From contig CAWBHS010000076.1 in NCBI GenBank assembly GCA_963788655.1, forward strand, positions 64,001 to 128,000: a DNA stretch of 64,000 nucleotides, read 5' to 3'. Shown here one piece after another: positions 55,437 through 64,000 of the stretch. This stretch comes from an uncultured Verrucomicrobiae bacterium (lineage in GTDB: Bacteria > Verrucomicrobiota > Verrucomicrobiia > Limisphaerales > JAFGQR01). The notes beneath the pieces were generated by a model. That model searched no databases, was not told the origin of the DNA, and saw only the letters and a program-made list of their open reading frames with translations. The position numbers were made by a program, and so were the translations under genes. The first letter of the stretch is position 1. Each line of letters starts with the position of its first letter.

Positions 55437-55553
55437 CGTAGGACAACCGTCTCGGCTGTTCCGAATGGGCAGGGCTGCTCGCCGGTTGACGGGTGTTCTG
55501 CACAGAGGAGATAAGCATTGGTCATTTGGGACAGGCGAGACGGTTGTCCTACG
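55437..55553. repeat. REP doublet (GTAGGACA... family)
   Basis: CGTAGGACAACCGTCTCGGCTGTTCC / GGGACAGGCGAGACGGTTGTCCTACG inverted pair. Confidence 0.8.
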
Positions 55554-55699
55554 ATGCTTGGTGCGGGTGCGGTGGCATTTCAGTGCCCGGGATGAAAATC
55601 GAAACGCCCCTTGACACTGCCTTTATTTCTTTCGGAAGATGCGGCTGCGTCCCCTGGATTCGATTCAGGGATGGATTGTCAATATGCGAAATCGAAATC

Positions 55700-57052
55700 A
55701 TGCAAACTCCAGCAACTAGCAGCGGCGGGCCAAAGCAAAGTATCTTTGAAGGAGTCACCCCCTATCACTGGCTGGTGGTCATCATCGCCTCGTGCGGCTG
55801 GCTGTTCGACTGCATGGATCAACGAATCTTCGCCCTGGCTCGGGAACCGGCGCTCACGGAAGTCCTGGGCAGCGAAGTGGCGGCTGCGTTGGTCAGAGAA
55901 TGGGGCGGTTGGGCGACGGCCTCGATGATGATCGGTTGGGCCACCGGCGGCATCATTTTTGGCATCATGAGCGACCGTTGGGGCCGGGTGAAGACCATGG
56001 TGTTCGCCTTGTTGGTGTACTCTGGGTTCACGGGGTTGTCCGGATTGTCGCGCACCGGTTATGAGTTCCTGTTCTACCGGTTTTTGGTCGGCCTCGGGGT
56101 GGGCGGCATGTTTGGGGCGGCCACGACGCTGGTGGCGGAGAGTGTGCCCGGGCGGTTCCGTTCGCTGGCCCTGGGATCCTTGCAGGCGCTTTCCGCCTGC
56201 GGAAATATTGTTGGCTCACTGCTAAGCACCCAGATTCAACCGAGCAAAGCGGATTTCCTCTTTGGGATGTCCGGTTGGCGGATCCTGTTTTTCGTCGGCA
56301 TCCTTCCCGCCTTGCTCGTGGTGCCCATTGTGATGGTCTTGCGGGAACCGGAAGTATGGAAGCAAGCCAAGCAGCGCGCCAAGGAAACGACGGACAAATC
56401 CAAACACATTGGCTCGATTCCCGATTTGTTCAAGCACCCCCGGTGGCGGCGCAATACGCTGGTGGGGGTGTGTCTGGGACTGGCCGGCATGGCGGGCTTG
56501 TGGGGCATTGGATTCTTTTCGCCGGAACTCATTTCCACCGCGCTGCACGGCGAATCGCAGCAGGTCATCGATACCGTGAAAGGTTATGGCACGGCGTTGC
56601 AGGATGTTGGCGCATTTCTCGGCATGATGACATTTACGATTGTCGCCACGTTCATCGGGCGACGCATTGCCTTTCTGGGCGCGTTCATTCTGTGCCTGTT
56701 TACCACGATTTTTGTCTTCAACAGTCTGCGCACCGGGACGGACGCGTATTGGATGCTGCCCATGATGGGGTTTGCGCAGCTTTCCGTGTTCGGTGGTTAC
56801 TCGATCTACTTTCCGGAATTGTTCCCCACTCGATTGCGCGGCACCGGTGTGGGATTCTGCTACAATACCGTGCGCTACTTGGCGGCTGGTTTCCCGCCGA
56901 TGTTGATGATTGCGAACCGGATGTTGCTGGAAAGCAATGTCGCCGAACCCTTCCGCAAGGCCGCCACGATTCTGTCCTTCATTTTCGTGCTGGGCATCAT
57001 CGCCCTGATCTGGGCTCCGGAAACCAAAGGCCAGCCGCTGCCGGAAGACTGA
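55700..57052 (+). CDS. MFS transporter (sialate/carboxylate-like)
   Basis: GWLFDCMD, SDRWGRVK motif A, PELFPTRLRGTG, PETKG; about 12 TM helices. Confidence 0.92.
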   Translation: MQTPATSSGGPKQSIFEGVTPYHWLVVIIASCGWLFDCMDQRIFALAREPALTEVLGSEVAAALVREWGGWATASMMIGWATGGIIFGIMSDRWGRVKTMVFALLVYSGFTGLSGLSRTGYEFLFYRFLVGLGVGGMFGAATTLVAESVPGRFRSLALGSLQALSACGNIVGSLLSTQIQPSKADFLFGMSGWRILFFVGILPALLVVPIVMVLREPEVWKQAKQRAKETTDKSKHIGSIPDLFKHPRWRRNTLVGVCLGLAGMAGLWGIGFFSPELISTALHGESQQVIDTVKGYGTALQDVGAFLGMMTFTIVATFIGRRIAFLGAFILCLFTTIFVFNSLRTGTDAYWMLPMMGFAQLSVFGGYSIYFPELFPTRLRGTGVGFCYNTVRYLAAGFPPMLMIANRMLLESNVAEPFRKAATILSFIFVLGIIALIWAPETKGQPLPED

Positions 57053-57280
57053 ATGGGACTGGCGAGCAGTTCCAAGCTTCCACGATAAAGCTTATCGATC
57101 CCGTTGAATCCAGGCGGCTCGGTTGCGCCATCTTGGAACGGTCAGAAACCTCTGGATTACCTCTACCGGGTGCTTCGCAAATTGTTACGAGTCCGGCCAC
57201 GCCCCTTCAGGTCAGCAGCGAGGCGTCGTTGACGGCACCCGAGGCGGGCGCGTGCTTCCTGTCATCAATTATGTTTGCTG

Positions 57281-57435
57281 CTAACACTACAGCGACACTT
57301 TCACCGATAGGCGCGTGGCCTTTAGGCCGCTTCAAGCACCAAAGGTCAACCAGCGGCTTGCGGGATAGTCCGATGAAGCGGCGTAAACGCCGCGCTCCTG
57401 CCGCGATTCGACGGAACTGTCGCTGCATGTGCTAA
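57281..57435. mobile_element. MITE-like element, copy 2
   Basis: CTAA-CACTACAGCGACA...TGTCGCTGCATGTG-CTAA; co-linear with 3571-3724, right TIR degenerate. Confidence 0.85.
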
Positions 57436-57599
57436 GCCGCGCAGTTTCCTAACGCAAGTTCCTTCCAGATAAAGCCGGTCAAAACTCATCAAGTGTCTCG
57501 CGCCGGAGCAAAGAGTCTTCCGGAATGACTCAATCTTGGACACTTCTCTCGCCCTGCAAGTGGCTGAGTATCAATTGTCAAAAAAATGAGGAAGATGAC

Positions 57600-57626
57600 T
57601 GAGTGACTCCGGGGAAGTGCCGATGA
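57600..57626 (+). promoter_or_regulatory. Putative sigma28 (FliA) promoter of flagellin
   Basis: TGAG(57600-57603)-N15-GCCGATGA(57619-57626) versus consensus TAAA-N15-GCCGATAA. Confidence 0.6.
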
Positions 57627-57632
57627 TGTCAG

Positions 57633-57776
57633 TGTCGGTAAACAAGGTGATTGGCCACCTGCAAGGGCCAAAGGGTCAACCGATGGACGCCCGAAACACA
57701 AAGGTCCATCACGCGGAAAGGATGACGCTCGCAAGGGCACACCTGTAAAGGTGGCTCACGGAAAGAGTCAACATAT
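57633..57776 (+). promoter_or_regulatory. Structured flagellin 5' UTR with GGA (CsrA-type) motifs
   Basis: Hairpins GATGGAC/GTCCATC, CACCT-GTAA-AGGTG, CTC-ACGGAAA-GAG; ANGGA at 57683, 57718 and 57758. Confidence 0.5.
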
Positions 57777-58586
57777 ATGGTTATTAATACAAACGTATCC
57801 TCAATTAGCAGCGCCCGGCTGCTGGCAGAATCCTCGACGATGCTGTCCAAGTCGCTGGCCCGTTTATCCTCCGGTTCAAAAATAGTGTCCCCGGAAGACG
57901 ACGCGGCCGGTTTGGCGGTCTCGTTGCGGTTTGATGCTCAGATCAACCGCACCAACGCAGCCAACGCCAATGTCGGCAACGCGATCTCATTCAGTCAGAC
58001 GCAGGATGGCTTCCTGCAAAAAGTCGGCAAAGCCCTGGATCGGATGAGCGAATTGGCCATCCTGGCCCAAGACGTGACGAAGACCGATGACGATCGTGAC
58101 CTCTACAACACCGAGTTCTCGACGTTGAAAGACTACATCAGCAGTACGTCGGGCAAGGACTTCAACGGAGTCAGCCTGTTCAGTGCCACCGCCCTGTCGG
58201 TGACCATTGATTCGGACGCTACCGCGTTCTCCATGTCGAGCGTCGATCTGAGCACCGGCGACATTTCCACCGCAATTGGCAGCGGGATTAACATTTCGAC
58301 CACGGCCGCGGCCGCGACGGCATTGACGAATGTGAAAGACGCGATTTCCGAGTTGGCCACGAACCGATCCACGGTCGGGTCCAACATTTCGCGGTTGACT
58401 TACACCAGCGAACAGTTGTCCGTCCTGCGGGACAATCTGGCGGCGGCCAACAGCCGGATCAAGGACGTTGATGTCGCTGACGAGAGCACGCAGTTTGCGC
58501 GCTACAACATTCTGGTGCAGGCGGGAACCGCCATGTTGGCGCAAGCCAACGCGGTGCCCAGCGCGGCCTTGCGTTTGTTGTCTTAG
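57777..58586 (+). CDS. fliC: Flagellin (minimal, 269 aa)
   Basis: MVINTN..LSSGSKI..DDAAGLA and SRIKDVDVADE..ILVQAGTAMLAQAN termini. Confidence 0.96.
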   Translation: MVINTNVSSISSARLLAESSTMLSKSLARLSSGSKIVSPEDDAAGLAVSLRFDAQINRTNAANANVGNAISFSQTQDGFLQKVGKALDRMSELAILAQDVTKTDDDRDLYNTEFSTLKDYISSTSGKDFNGVSLFSATALSVTIDSDATAFSMSSVDLSTGDISTAIGSGINISTTAAAATALTNVKDAISELATNRSTVGSNISRLTYTSEQLSVLRDNLAAANSRIKDVDVADESTQFARYNILVQAGTAMLAQANAVPSAALRLLS

Positions 58587-58623
58587 TCCCTGGCCCTTCT
58601 TCTCAACAGAAGTGAGCTAAATC

Positions 58624-58662
58624 CTCGGGCGGTGCCCTGGCGCCGTCCGAGTTTTGGTTTTT
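58624..58662 (+). terminator. Rho-independent terminator after flagellin
   Basis: CTCGGGCGGTGCC..GGCGCCGTCCGAG stem followed by TTTTGGTTTTT. Confidence 0.8.
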
Positions 58663-58677
58663 ATCCGGACGCCCTGA

Positions 58678-58800
58678 GTCGCGCTGAATGTCAGTGTCAA
58701 AACCGTGGAAGTCCACCGGCACCGGATCATGGAAAAGTTGAAAGTGCATAGTGTCGCGGAGTTAACCAAACACCTCATCCGCGAGGGCTTGACTGCGCTC
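58678..58800 (+). pseudogene. LuxR/NarL-type HTH C-terminal remnant
   Basis: ALNVSVKTVEVHRHRIMEKLKVHSVAELTKHLIREGL; preceded by a stop, no receiver domain. Confidence 0.7.
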
Positions 58801-58924
58801 GGAACCGGCGGCCTCCAGGCACTCCTCCCGCCACGGAAAATCCCCCCGCGCCACTTCCTGGCACTTCACCGGGCTAAGCCGTATCCATTCAGTAGCTGGA
58901 GCAGCGATGACGCGATTCGGCGCG

Positions 58925-59057
58925 GTAGGACAGGCGTCTCGCCTGTCTCGAATAGCCCAAAACATCCTCACCGTTTGGTGACATGAAAAAACTCGCGGCG
59001 CCGTGATACAAGTTGTTGGTTTGCACTTGTTCGGGACAGGCGGGACGCCTGTCCTAC
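58925..59057. repeat. REP doublet (GTAGGACAGGCGTC family)
   Basis: GTAGGACAGGCGTCTCGCCTGTC / GACAGGCGGGACGCCTGTCCTAC inverted pair. Confidence 0.85.
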
Positions 59058-59488
59058 TGAATAGTCACGCCTACGGTCCGCGCACGCTCCGAGACGGCGG
59101 CCGCATCCGGCGGTCCCGTTCAGGAATCTGGCAACTTCCGATAAGGAAAACCGCAGCCGAAATAGGGTTTTCCCATGAAGAGATGGCCACGCTCTTGCTA
59201 CCCACAGCCGCATGAGTTGCTGGTCCATGAAGTCAATTGCGAAGGCGCTGAACACGTTGCGCCCCCGGGCGGTCCCGTCGGCTGGATCGCGCCATCCCGG
59301 CCGCTCCCGCCGTGCAAACTGAAGCGCAGCAACCCTCTCCAAAACCCCGCGGTAAGCCAAAACCAAACGAAGAATAACATGAAGCCAATCATACCAGACC
59401 ACAATATCGCGCTGGGAATCGGCGTGGGCATCCGGATGCCGGTGGGGCTTGGGGTGGTCCGCTAATTGAAGAAGGAAAGCGCCGAATT

Positions 59489-61915
59489 ATGGATGACATC
59501 ACGAAAGAGTTCCTCATTGAGAATTACGAAAACCTCGACCGGCTGGACCGGGATTTGGTCATGTTGGAAAAGGATCCGCACTCCAAGGAGACGCTGGGCA
59601 ATATCTTCCGCACGATTCACACGCTCAAAGGCACGAGCGGGTTCCTCGGCTTTGGCAAGTTGGAAGCCGTTGCCCACGTCGGGGAAAACCTTCTGAGCAA
59701 GCTGCGCGACGGCGTGTTGACCATCAACCCGGAGATAACCAGCGCCCTGCTGGCCATGGTGGACGCCGTACGTTACATGCTCGGCCAGATTGAGGCAACC
59801 GGCCAGCCGGGCGAAAATGCCTTCTCTGACTTGATCAAACGGCTCACGCGGTTAAACGAAGGGAACAGTTTGCCACCATTGGAAGCGGTCCCGGCGGATC
59901 CGGCGGCTGCAAGCCCCGCTGAGCCCGTGTCCGCAGGCAGCGAACCCGCCCAGCCGGTCGCCGCCAGCGTGGAAGTATCGCCCCTGACGGCCGTGTCAGA
60001 CGCTCCCGTTCCGACTTCCGAGAGCACGCCGCCTACGGTCAATGCTGCCGTTCCCGCGCCCATCCCTCCCGCGCCGGAGCCGGCATCCGTCGCCAGCGAA
60101 GCGCCCGAGGCACGCAACTCGGCCGTATCGGACAGCAACATACGCGTGGATGTTGGGTTGCTTGACAAGCTCATGAACCTGGTCGGGGAACTCGTGCTGG
60201 CCCGCAATCAAGTTCTCCAATACACCAGCCAGTGCGCGGACAGCGCCTTTCTCGCCACCTCCCAGCGGCTGAACCTCATCACGACCGAGCTGCAAGGGAG
60301 CGTCATGAAGACGCGTATGCAGCCCATCGGCAACGTGTGGGGCAAATTGCCGCGCGTCGTGCGCGACTTGGCGGCCGCCTGCGGGAAAGAAGTGCGCATC
60401 GAGATGGAAGGCCAGGAAACCGAGCTGGACAAGACCATCATCGAAGCCATCAAGGATCCCCTCACGCACATCGTCCGCAACTCGATTGATCATGGCATCG
60501 AACGGCCGGAGGCCCGCGCCGCGCACGGCAAGCCGGCGGAAGGCTGCTTGAAAATGCGCGCCTACCACGAAGGCGGCCAGGTGATCATCGAGATTAGTGA
60601 TGACGGCTGCGGCATCGATTACGAGCGGGTCAAGCAGAAGGCCCTTCAGCGCGGATTGGTCACCGCCGAACAGGCCGCCCGCATGAGCGATCACGAGTCG
60701 CTGCACCTCGTGTTCCTGCCGAGCTTGTCCACTGCCGAAAAGATCACCAATGTGTCCGGTCGCGGGGTCGGCATGGACGTAGTGAAGACCAACATCGAGA
60801 AGATCGGCGGCACCGTGGACCTGCAGAGCCAGCCGGACGAAGGCACCACGCTCAAAATCAAGATCCCGCTGACCCTGGCGATCATCCCGGCGCTGATCGT
60901 GACCAGCGGTGGCGACCGCTTCGCCATCCCGCAAGTCAGCTTGTTGGAGCTGGTGCGGCTCGAAGGGGAGCAGGCGCGGCAACAGATCGAGTCGATTCAC
61001 AGTGCGCCGGTGTACCGCCTGAGGGGCCAACTGCTTCCGTTGGTTTATCTCAACAAGGAGTTGAAACTCGACGCAACAAGCACGGCAAGTCCGCTCGGCG
61101 AGACGGCCGCCGAGTCGCGCCCCGTTGGGCTCTCAGGCGACAAGGATGTCACGTCAACTGGCGGGCAGGAGGCCGGCCCCTCTTCACACGCAGACGCGGT
61201 CAACATCGTCGTGCTGCAGGCCGACGGCCATCCGTTCGGCCTGGTGGTGGACGAAATCAATGACACCGAGGAAATCGTCGTCAAGCCCCTGGGCAAACAG
61301 CTCAAAGGAGTCGCTTGCTTCGCCGGGGCCACCATCATGGGCGATGGCCGCGTCGCCTTGATTCTCGACGTGCTGGGTTTGGCCCAAGGAGCCAGCGTGG
61401 TTACGGAGGTACGGGACCGGACGTTGTTGGAAAACACCGCGCAGACCCGCAAAACGACCGATCCGAGGCAGACCCTGTTGCTGTTTGACGCCGGCCAAGG
61501 CAGTCGGATGGCCATTCCGCTCTCGATGGTCGCCCGGCTGGAAGAGTTTCCGCCGTCATCCGTCGAGCATTCCGGCGCCCAGGAAGTGGTGCAGTATCGC
61601 GGGCAGATTCTGCCGCTCATCCGTGTCTCAAAACATGTCCCGGCCGTGAACGTTACGGCCAGCGACGACCCCCAACAGCCCATGCAGGTGGTGGTTTACG
61701 CCGAAGAAGGCCGCAGCGTCGGGCTCGTGGTCGGGCGCATCAGCGATATTGTGCAGGAAACCATCACTGTCAAGCGTCATGCCTGCGGCAACGGCCTCTT
61801 CGGCTCGGTCGTCATCCAGGACAAAGTGACCGACCTGCTCGACGTGCAGGCGGTCATCCGCGCCGCCGATCCGGCATTTTATGGCGGCAAGGATCTCGTC
61901 CAACTCGCGGCGTGA
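59489..61915 (+). CDS. cheA: Chemotaxis histidine kinase CheA with two CheW domains
   Basis: Hpt IFRTIHTLKG, Pro/Ala linker, IRVDV dimerisation domain, HIVRNSIDHG, SGRGVGMDVV, two CheW-like domains. Confidence 0.95.
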   Translation: MDDITKEFLIENYENLDRLDRDLVMLEKDPHSKETLGNIFRTIHTLKGTSGFLGFGKLEAVAHVGENLLSKLRDGVLTINPEITSALLAMVDAVRYMLGQIEATGQPGENAFSDLIKRLTRLNEGNSLPPLEAVPADPAAASPAEPVSAGSEPAQPVAASVEVSPLTAVSDAPVPTSESTPPTVNAAVPAPIPPAPEPASVASEAPEARNSAVSDSNIRVDVGLLDKLMNLVGELVLARNQVLQYTSQCADSAFLATSQRLNLITTELQGSVMKTRMQPIGNVWGKLPRVVRDLAAACGKEVRIEMEGQETELDKTIIEAIKDPLTHIVRNSIDHGIERPEARAAHGKPAEGCLKMRAYHEGGQVIIEISDDGCGIDYERVKQKALQRGLVTAEQAARMSDHESLHLVFLPSLSTAEKITNVSGRGVGMDVVKTNIEKIGGTVDLQSQPDEGTTLKIKIPLTLAIIPALIVTSGGDRFAIPQVSLLELVRLEGEQARQQIESIHSAPVYRLRGQLLPLVYLNKELKLDATSTASPLGETAAESRPVGLSGDKDVTSTGGQEAGPSSHADAVNIVVLQADGHPFGLVVDEINDTEEIVVKPLGKQLKGVACFAGATIMGDGRVALILDVLGLAQGASVVTEVRDRTLLENTAQTRKTTDPRQTLLLFDAGQGSRMAIPLSMVARLEEFPPSSVEHSGAQEVVQYRGQILPLIRVSKHVPAVNVTASDDPQQPMQVVVYAEEGRSVGLVVGRISDIVQETITVKRHACGNGLFGSVVIQDKVTDLLDVQAVIRAADPAFYGGKDLVQLAA

Positions 61916-61936
61916 CCCCCTCAACTCCACACCCCT

Positions 61937-62398
61937 ATGACTGACAACAAACAATTCGCAACGTTCTTCCTCAACGGCCTGTTCTTCGGCGTCGAAGTCC
62001 TCAAGGTCCAGGAGGTCATCCGTTACCAGGAGATGACCCGCGTGCCGATCGCGCCCACCATGGTCCAGGGTCTCATCAACCTGCGCGGGCAGATCATCAC
62101 CGCGATCGACTTGCGCCGCCGGCTCGAGATGCCGCTGCGCGCGGAGGGCCAGCTCCCCATGAACGTCGTTGTCCGCACGGAGGACGGGGCGGTAAGCCTG
62201 CTGGTGGACGAAATCGGTGATGTCGTGGAAATCCAGGACGATACCTACGAGCGGCTGCCGGAGACGCTCACCGGCGTGGCCCGCGAACTCATCCGAGGCG
62301 TCTATAAGCTCAAAGAGCGTTTGCTGCTCATTCTCGACATCGAGCCCACGGTCAACCTGCCGGGTGGATTCAAGCGCGCGCCGTCGCCCGGGACTTGA
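61937..62398 (+). CDS. cheW: Chemotaxis coupling protein CheW
   Basis: VQEVI, TRVP.AP, GLINLRGQI, LLVDEIGDV. Confidence 0.95.
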   Translation: MTDNKQFATFFLNGLFFGVEVLKVQEVIRYQEMTRVPIAPTMVQGLINLRGQIITAIDLRRRLEMPLRAEGQLPMNVVVRTEDGAVSLLVDEIGDVVEIQDDTYERLPETLTGVARELIRGVYKLKERLLLILDIEPTVNLPGGFKRAPSPGT

Positions 62399-62620
62399 CC
62401 GTCCTGCTTGAGATCCCCCATCGACCCAGCCGGAAGCTATGGACAACATCAAGATTGAAGGCGCTAAAAACTCTGCCCCATTGAATCGGCCAGGTAATGG
62501 GGAGGGCGGGGCTGGCCAGCCCCGGAACGGTCACCCCCTGGCGATTAAGTTCCCACTCCAAATAAACCAGCGAACTCGCTTATCGCACAAAACAATCCCA
62601 CAAAACAAATACACACTCCT

Positions 62621-64000
62621 ATGCAAACTACACTGATTGCCCCCAAGAAAAACGGTGGCACCGCCGTCCGCCCCACTGCTAAAACCGGGCCCGGCACCGT
62701 GCCCAATGAGGCCGAGCACGAACTGATGGAACTGCGCGGCCAACTCGCCGCCATCAACAAGGCCCAGGCCGTGATCGAGTTCAACCTCGACGGCACGGTC
62801 ATCACCGCCAACGACAACTTCCTGAAGACGCTCGGCTATTCGCTCGACGAAATCAAAGGCGAGCATCACAGTATGTTTGTGGAGCCCGCCCACCGCGCCA
62901 GCGCCGATTACAAACAATTTTGGCGCGACCTCAACGACGGCAAGTTCCAGGCGGCGGAATACAAGCGCATCGGCAAAGGGGGCAAGGAAGTCTGGATTCA
63001 GGCCTCCTACAACCCGATCTTCGACGCCGACGGCCAGCCGTTCAAAGTCGTCAAATACGCCACCGACGTGACCGCCACCAAGTTGCAGAACGCCGATTAC
63101 CAGGGGCAAATCGCCGCTATCGGCAAGGCCCAGGCCGTGATCGAGTTCAACCTCGACGGCACGATCATCACCGCCAACGACAACTTCCTGAAAACGCTCG
63201 GCTATCGGCTGGAAGAGATCAAGGGCCAGCACCACAGCCTGTTTGTGGAGCCCGCCTACCGCGCCAGCGCCGAGTATCAGCAGTTCTGGCGCGACCTCAA
63301 CGACGGCAAGTTCCAGGCGGCGGAATACAAGCGCATCGGCAAGGGGGGCAAGGAAGTCTGGATTCAGGCCTCCTACAACCCGATCTTCGACCTCAACGGC
63401 CGGCCCTTCAAAGTCGTCAAATACGCCACCGACGTGACCGCCAACAAGTTGCAGAACGCCGACTACCAGGGGCAACTCGCCGCCATCGGCAAGGCCCAGG
63501 CCGTGATCGAGTTCAACCTCGACGGCACGATCATCACCGCCAACGACAATTTCCTGAAGACGCTGGGCTATACGCTGGACGAGATCAAGGGCAAGCACCA
63601 CAGCCTCTTTATCGAGCCATCGTACCGCGCCAGCGCGGAATACCGAAATTTCTGGCGCGACCTCAATGACGGCAAGTTCCAGGCCGATCGTTTCAAACGC
63701 ATCGGCAAAGGCGGCAAGGAAGTCTGGATTCAGGCCTCCTACAACCCGATCTTCGACCTCAACGGCCGGCCCTTCAAAGTGGTGAAGTATGCCACGGACG
63801 TCACCGCGGCGGTGCAGCAGGAAGAAAGCCTCAAAGTCACCTTTGCCGGCGTCACTCAAAACGCCCAGGCCCTCGGGGCCGCCTCCGAAGAACTGTCCGC
63901 CAACAGCCAGCAAATGGTGAGCAACGCGGAAGAAACCGCCACCCAGGCGGGCGTTGTCTCGGCCGCGGCCGAGCAGGTCAGCAAGAACGTTCAAACCGTG
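62621..64000 (+). CDS. Soluble methyl-accepting chemotaxis protein with three PAS domains (3' truncated by window)
   Basis: Manual translation from ATG 62621: three AVIEFNLDGT..ANDNFL..EVWIQASYNPI..KVVKYATDVT units, then ASEELSANSQQM..AEET..QA..VSAAAEQVS signalling helix; no TM. Confidence 0.92.
   Translation, partial: MQTTLIAPKKNGGTAVRPTAKTGPGTVPNEAEHELMELRGQLAAINKAQAVIEFNLDGTVITANDNFLKTLGYSLDEIKGEHHSMFVEPAHRASADYKQFWRDLNDGKFQAAEYKRIGKGGKEVWIQASYNPIFDADGQPFKVVKYATDVTATKLQNADYQGQIAAIGKAQAVIEFNLDGTIITANDNFLKTLGYRLEEIKGQHHSLFVEPAYRASAEYQQFWRDLNDGKFQAAEYKRIGKGGKEVWIQASYNPIFDLNGRPFKVVKYATDVTANKLQNADYQGQLAAIGKAQAVIEFNLDGTIITANDNFLKTLGYTLDEIKGKHHSLFIEPSYRASAEYRNFWRDLNDGKFQADRFKRIGKGGKEVWIQASYNPIFDLNGRPFKVVKYATDVTAAVQQEESLKVTFAGVTQNAQALGAASEELSANSQQMVSNAEETATQAGVVSAAAEQVSKNVQTV
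62738..63808 (+). repeat. Three near-identical 366-bp intragenic tandem repeats (PAS domains)
   Basis: Equivalent positions at 62741, 63107 and 63473 (period 366 bp). Confidence 0.92.

Noticed and set aside
57633..57720. c-di-GMP-I (GEMM) riboswitch ahead of flagellin
   Set aside because: Lacks the GGCAAACC..GAAA..GGGACGCAAAGC core.
59118..59163. Sigma28 promoter for cheA (TCCGATAA / GCCGAAAT)
   Set aside because: No -35 element at the correct spacing; too weak to call.
62531..63994. 487-aa minus-strand ORF with repeats
   Set aside because: Antisense shadow of the plus-strand PAS-MCP; no recognisable motifs.

Overview
GC-rich bacterial chromosomal segment, most likely from a flagellated Verrucomicrobiota (Pedosphaerales-like) organism; this is inferred from the ECF-sigma/Ser-Thr-kinase families and REP families, not from a marker gene. 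Housekeeping genes: 5' end of rtcA, M29 aminopeptidase, metY-metX-metW, a YbhGFSR-type ABC exporter, ftsH, ppx/sixA/ppk1, an MFS transporter, flagellin, cheA-cheW and a PAS-MCP. Accessory blocks: two Ser/Thr-kinase + ECF-sigma pairs, a sulfatase and a heparinase-II-like gene flanking a DUF433/DUF5615 toxin-antitoxin pair, and a ~14 kb block (15.7-29.6 kb) of two convergent, apparently uncharacterised lipid-related operons. One is a GbsR/MarR-regulated DCC1-MBOAT / DUF2071 / desaturase / TIGR01777 operon with a visible palindromic operator; the other is a RoxA-like di-heme cytochrome c + GMC oxidoreductase + membrane patatin operon. Non-coding DNA is rich in REP-like doublets, including two different MITE-like shells (TIR + target duplication) that each enclose a REP doublet; one occurs twice in the window. 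Structured leaders precede the met operon and flagellin. Remnants of a phage scaffold gene, an IS21 transposase, a DNA methyltransferase and a LuxR HTH are present. Many genes carry clustered small frameshifts that look like long-read assembly errors, so their coordinates are approximate. No rRNA, tRNA or CRISPR array was seen.
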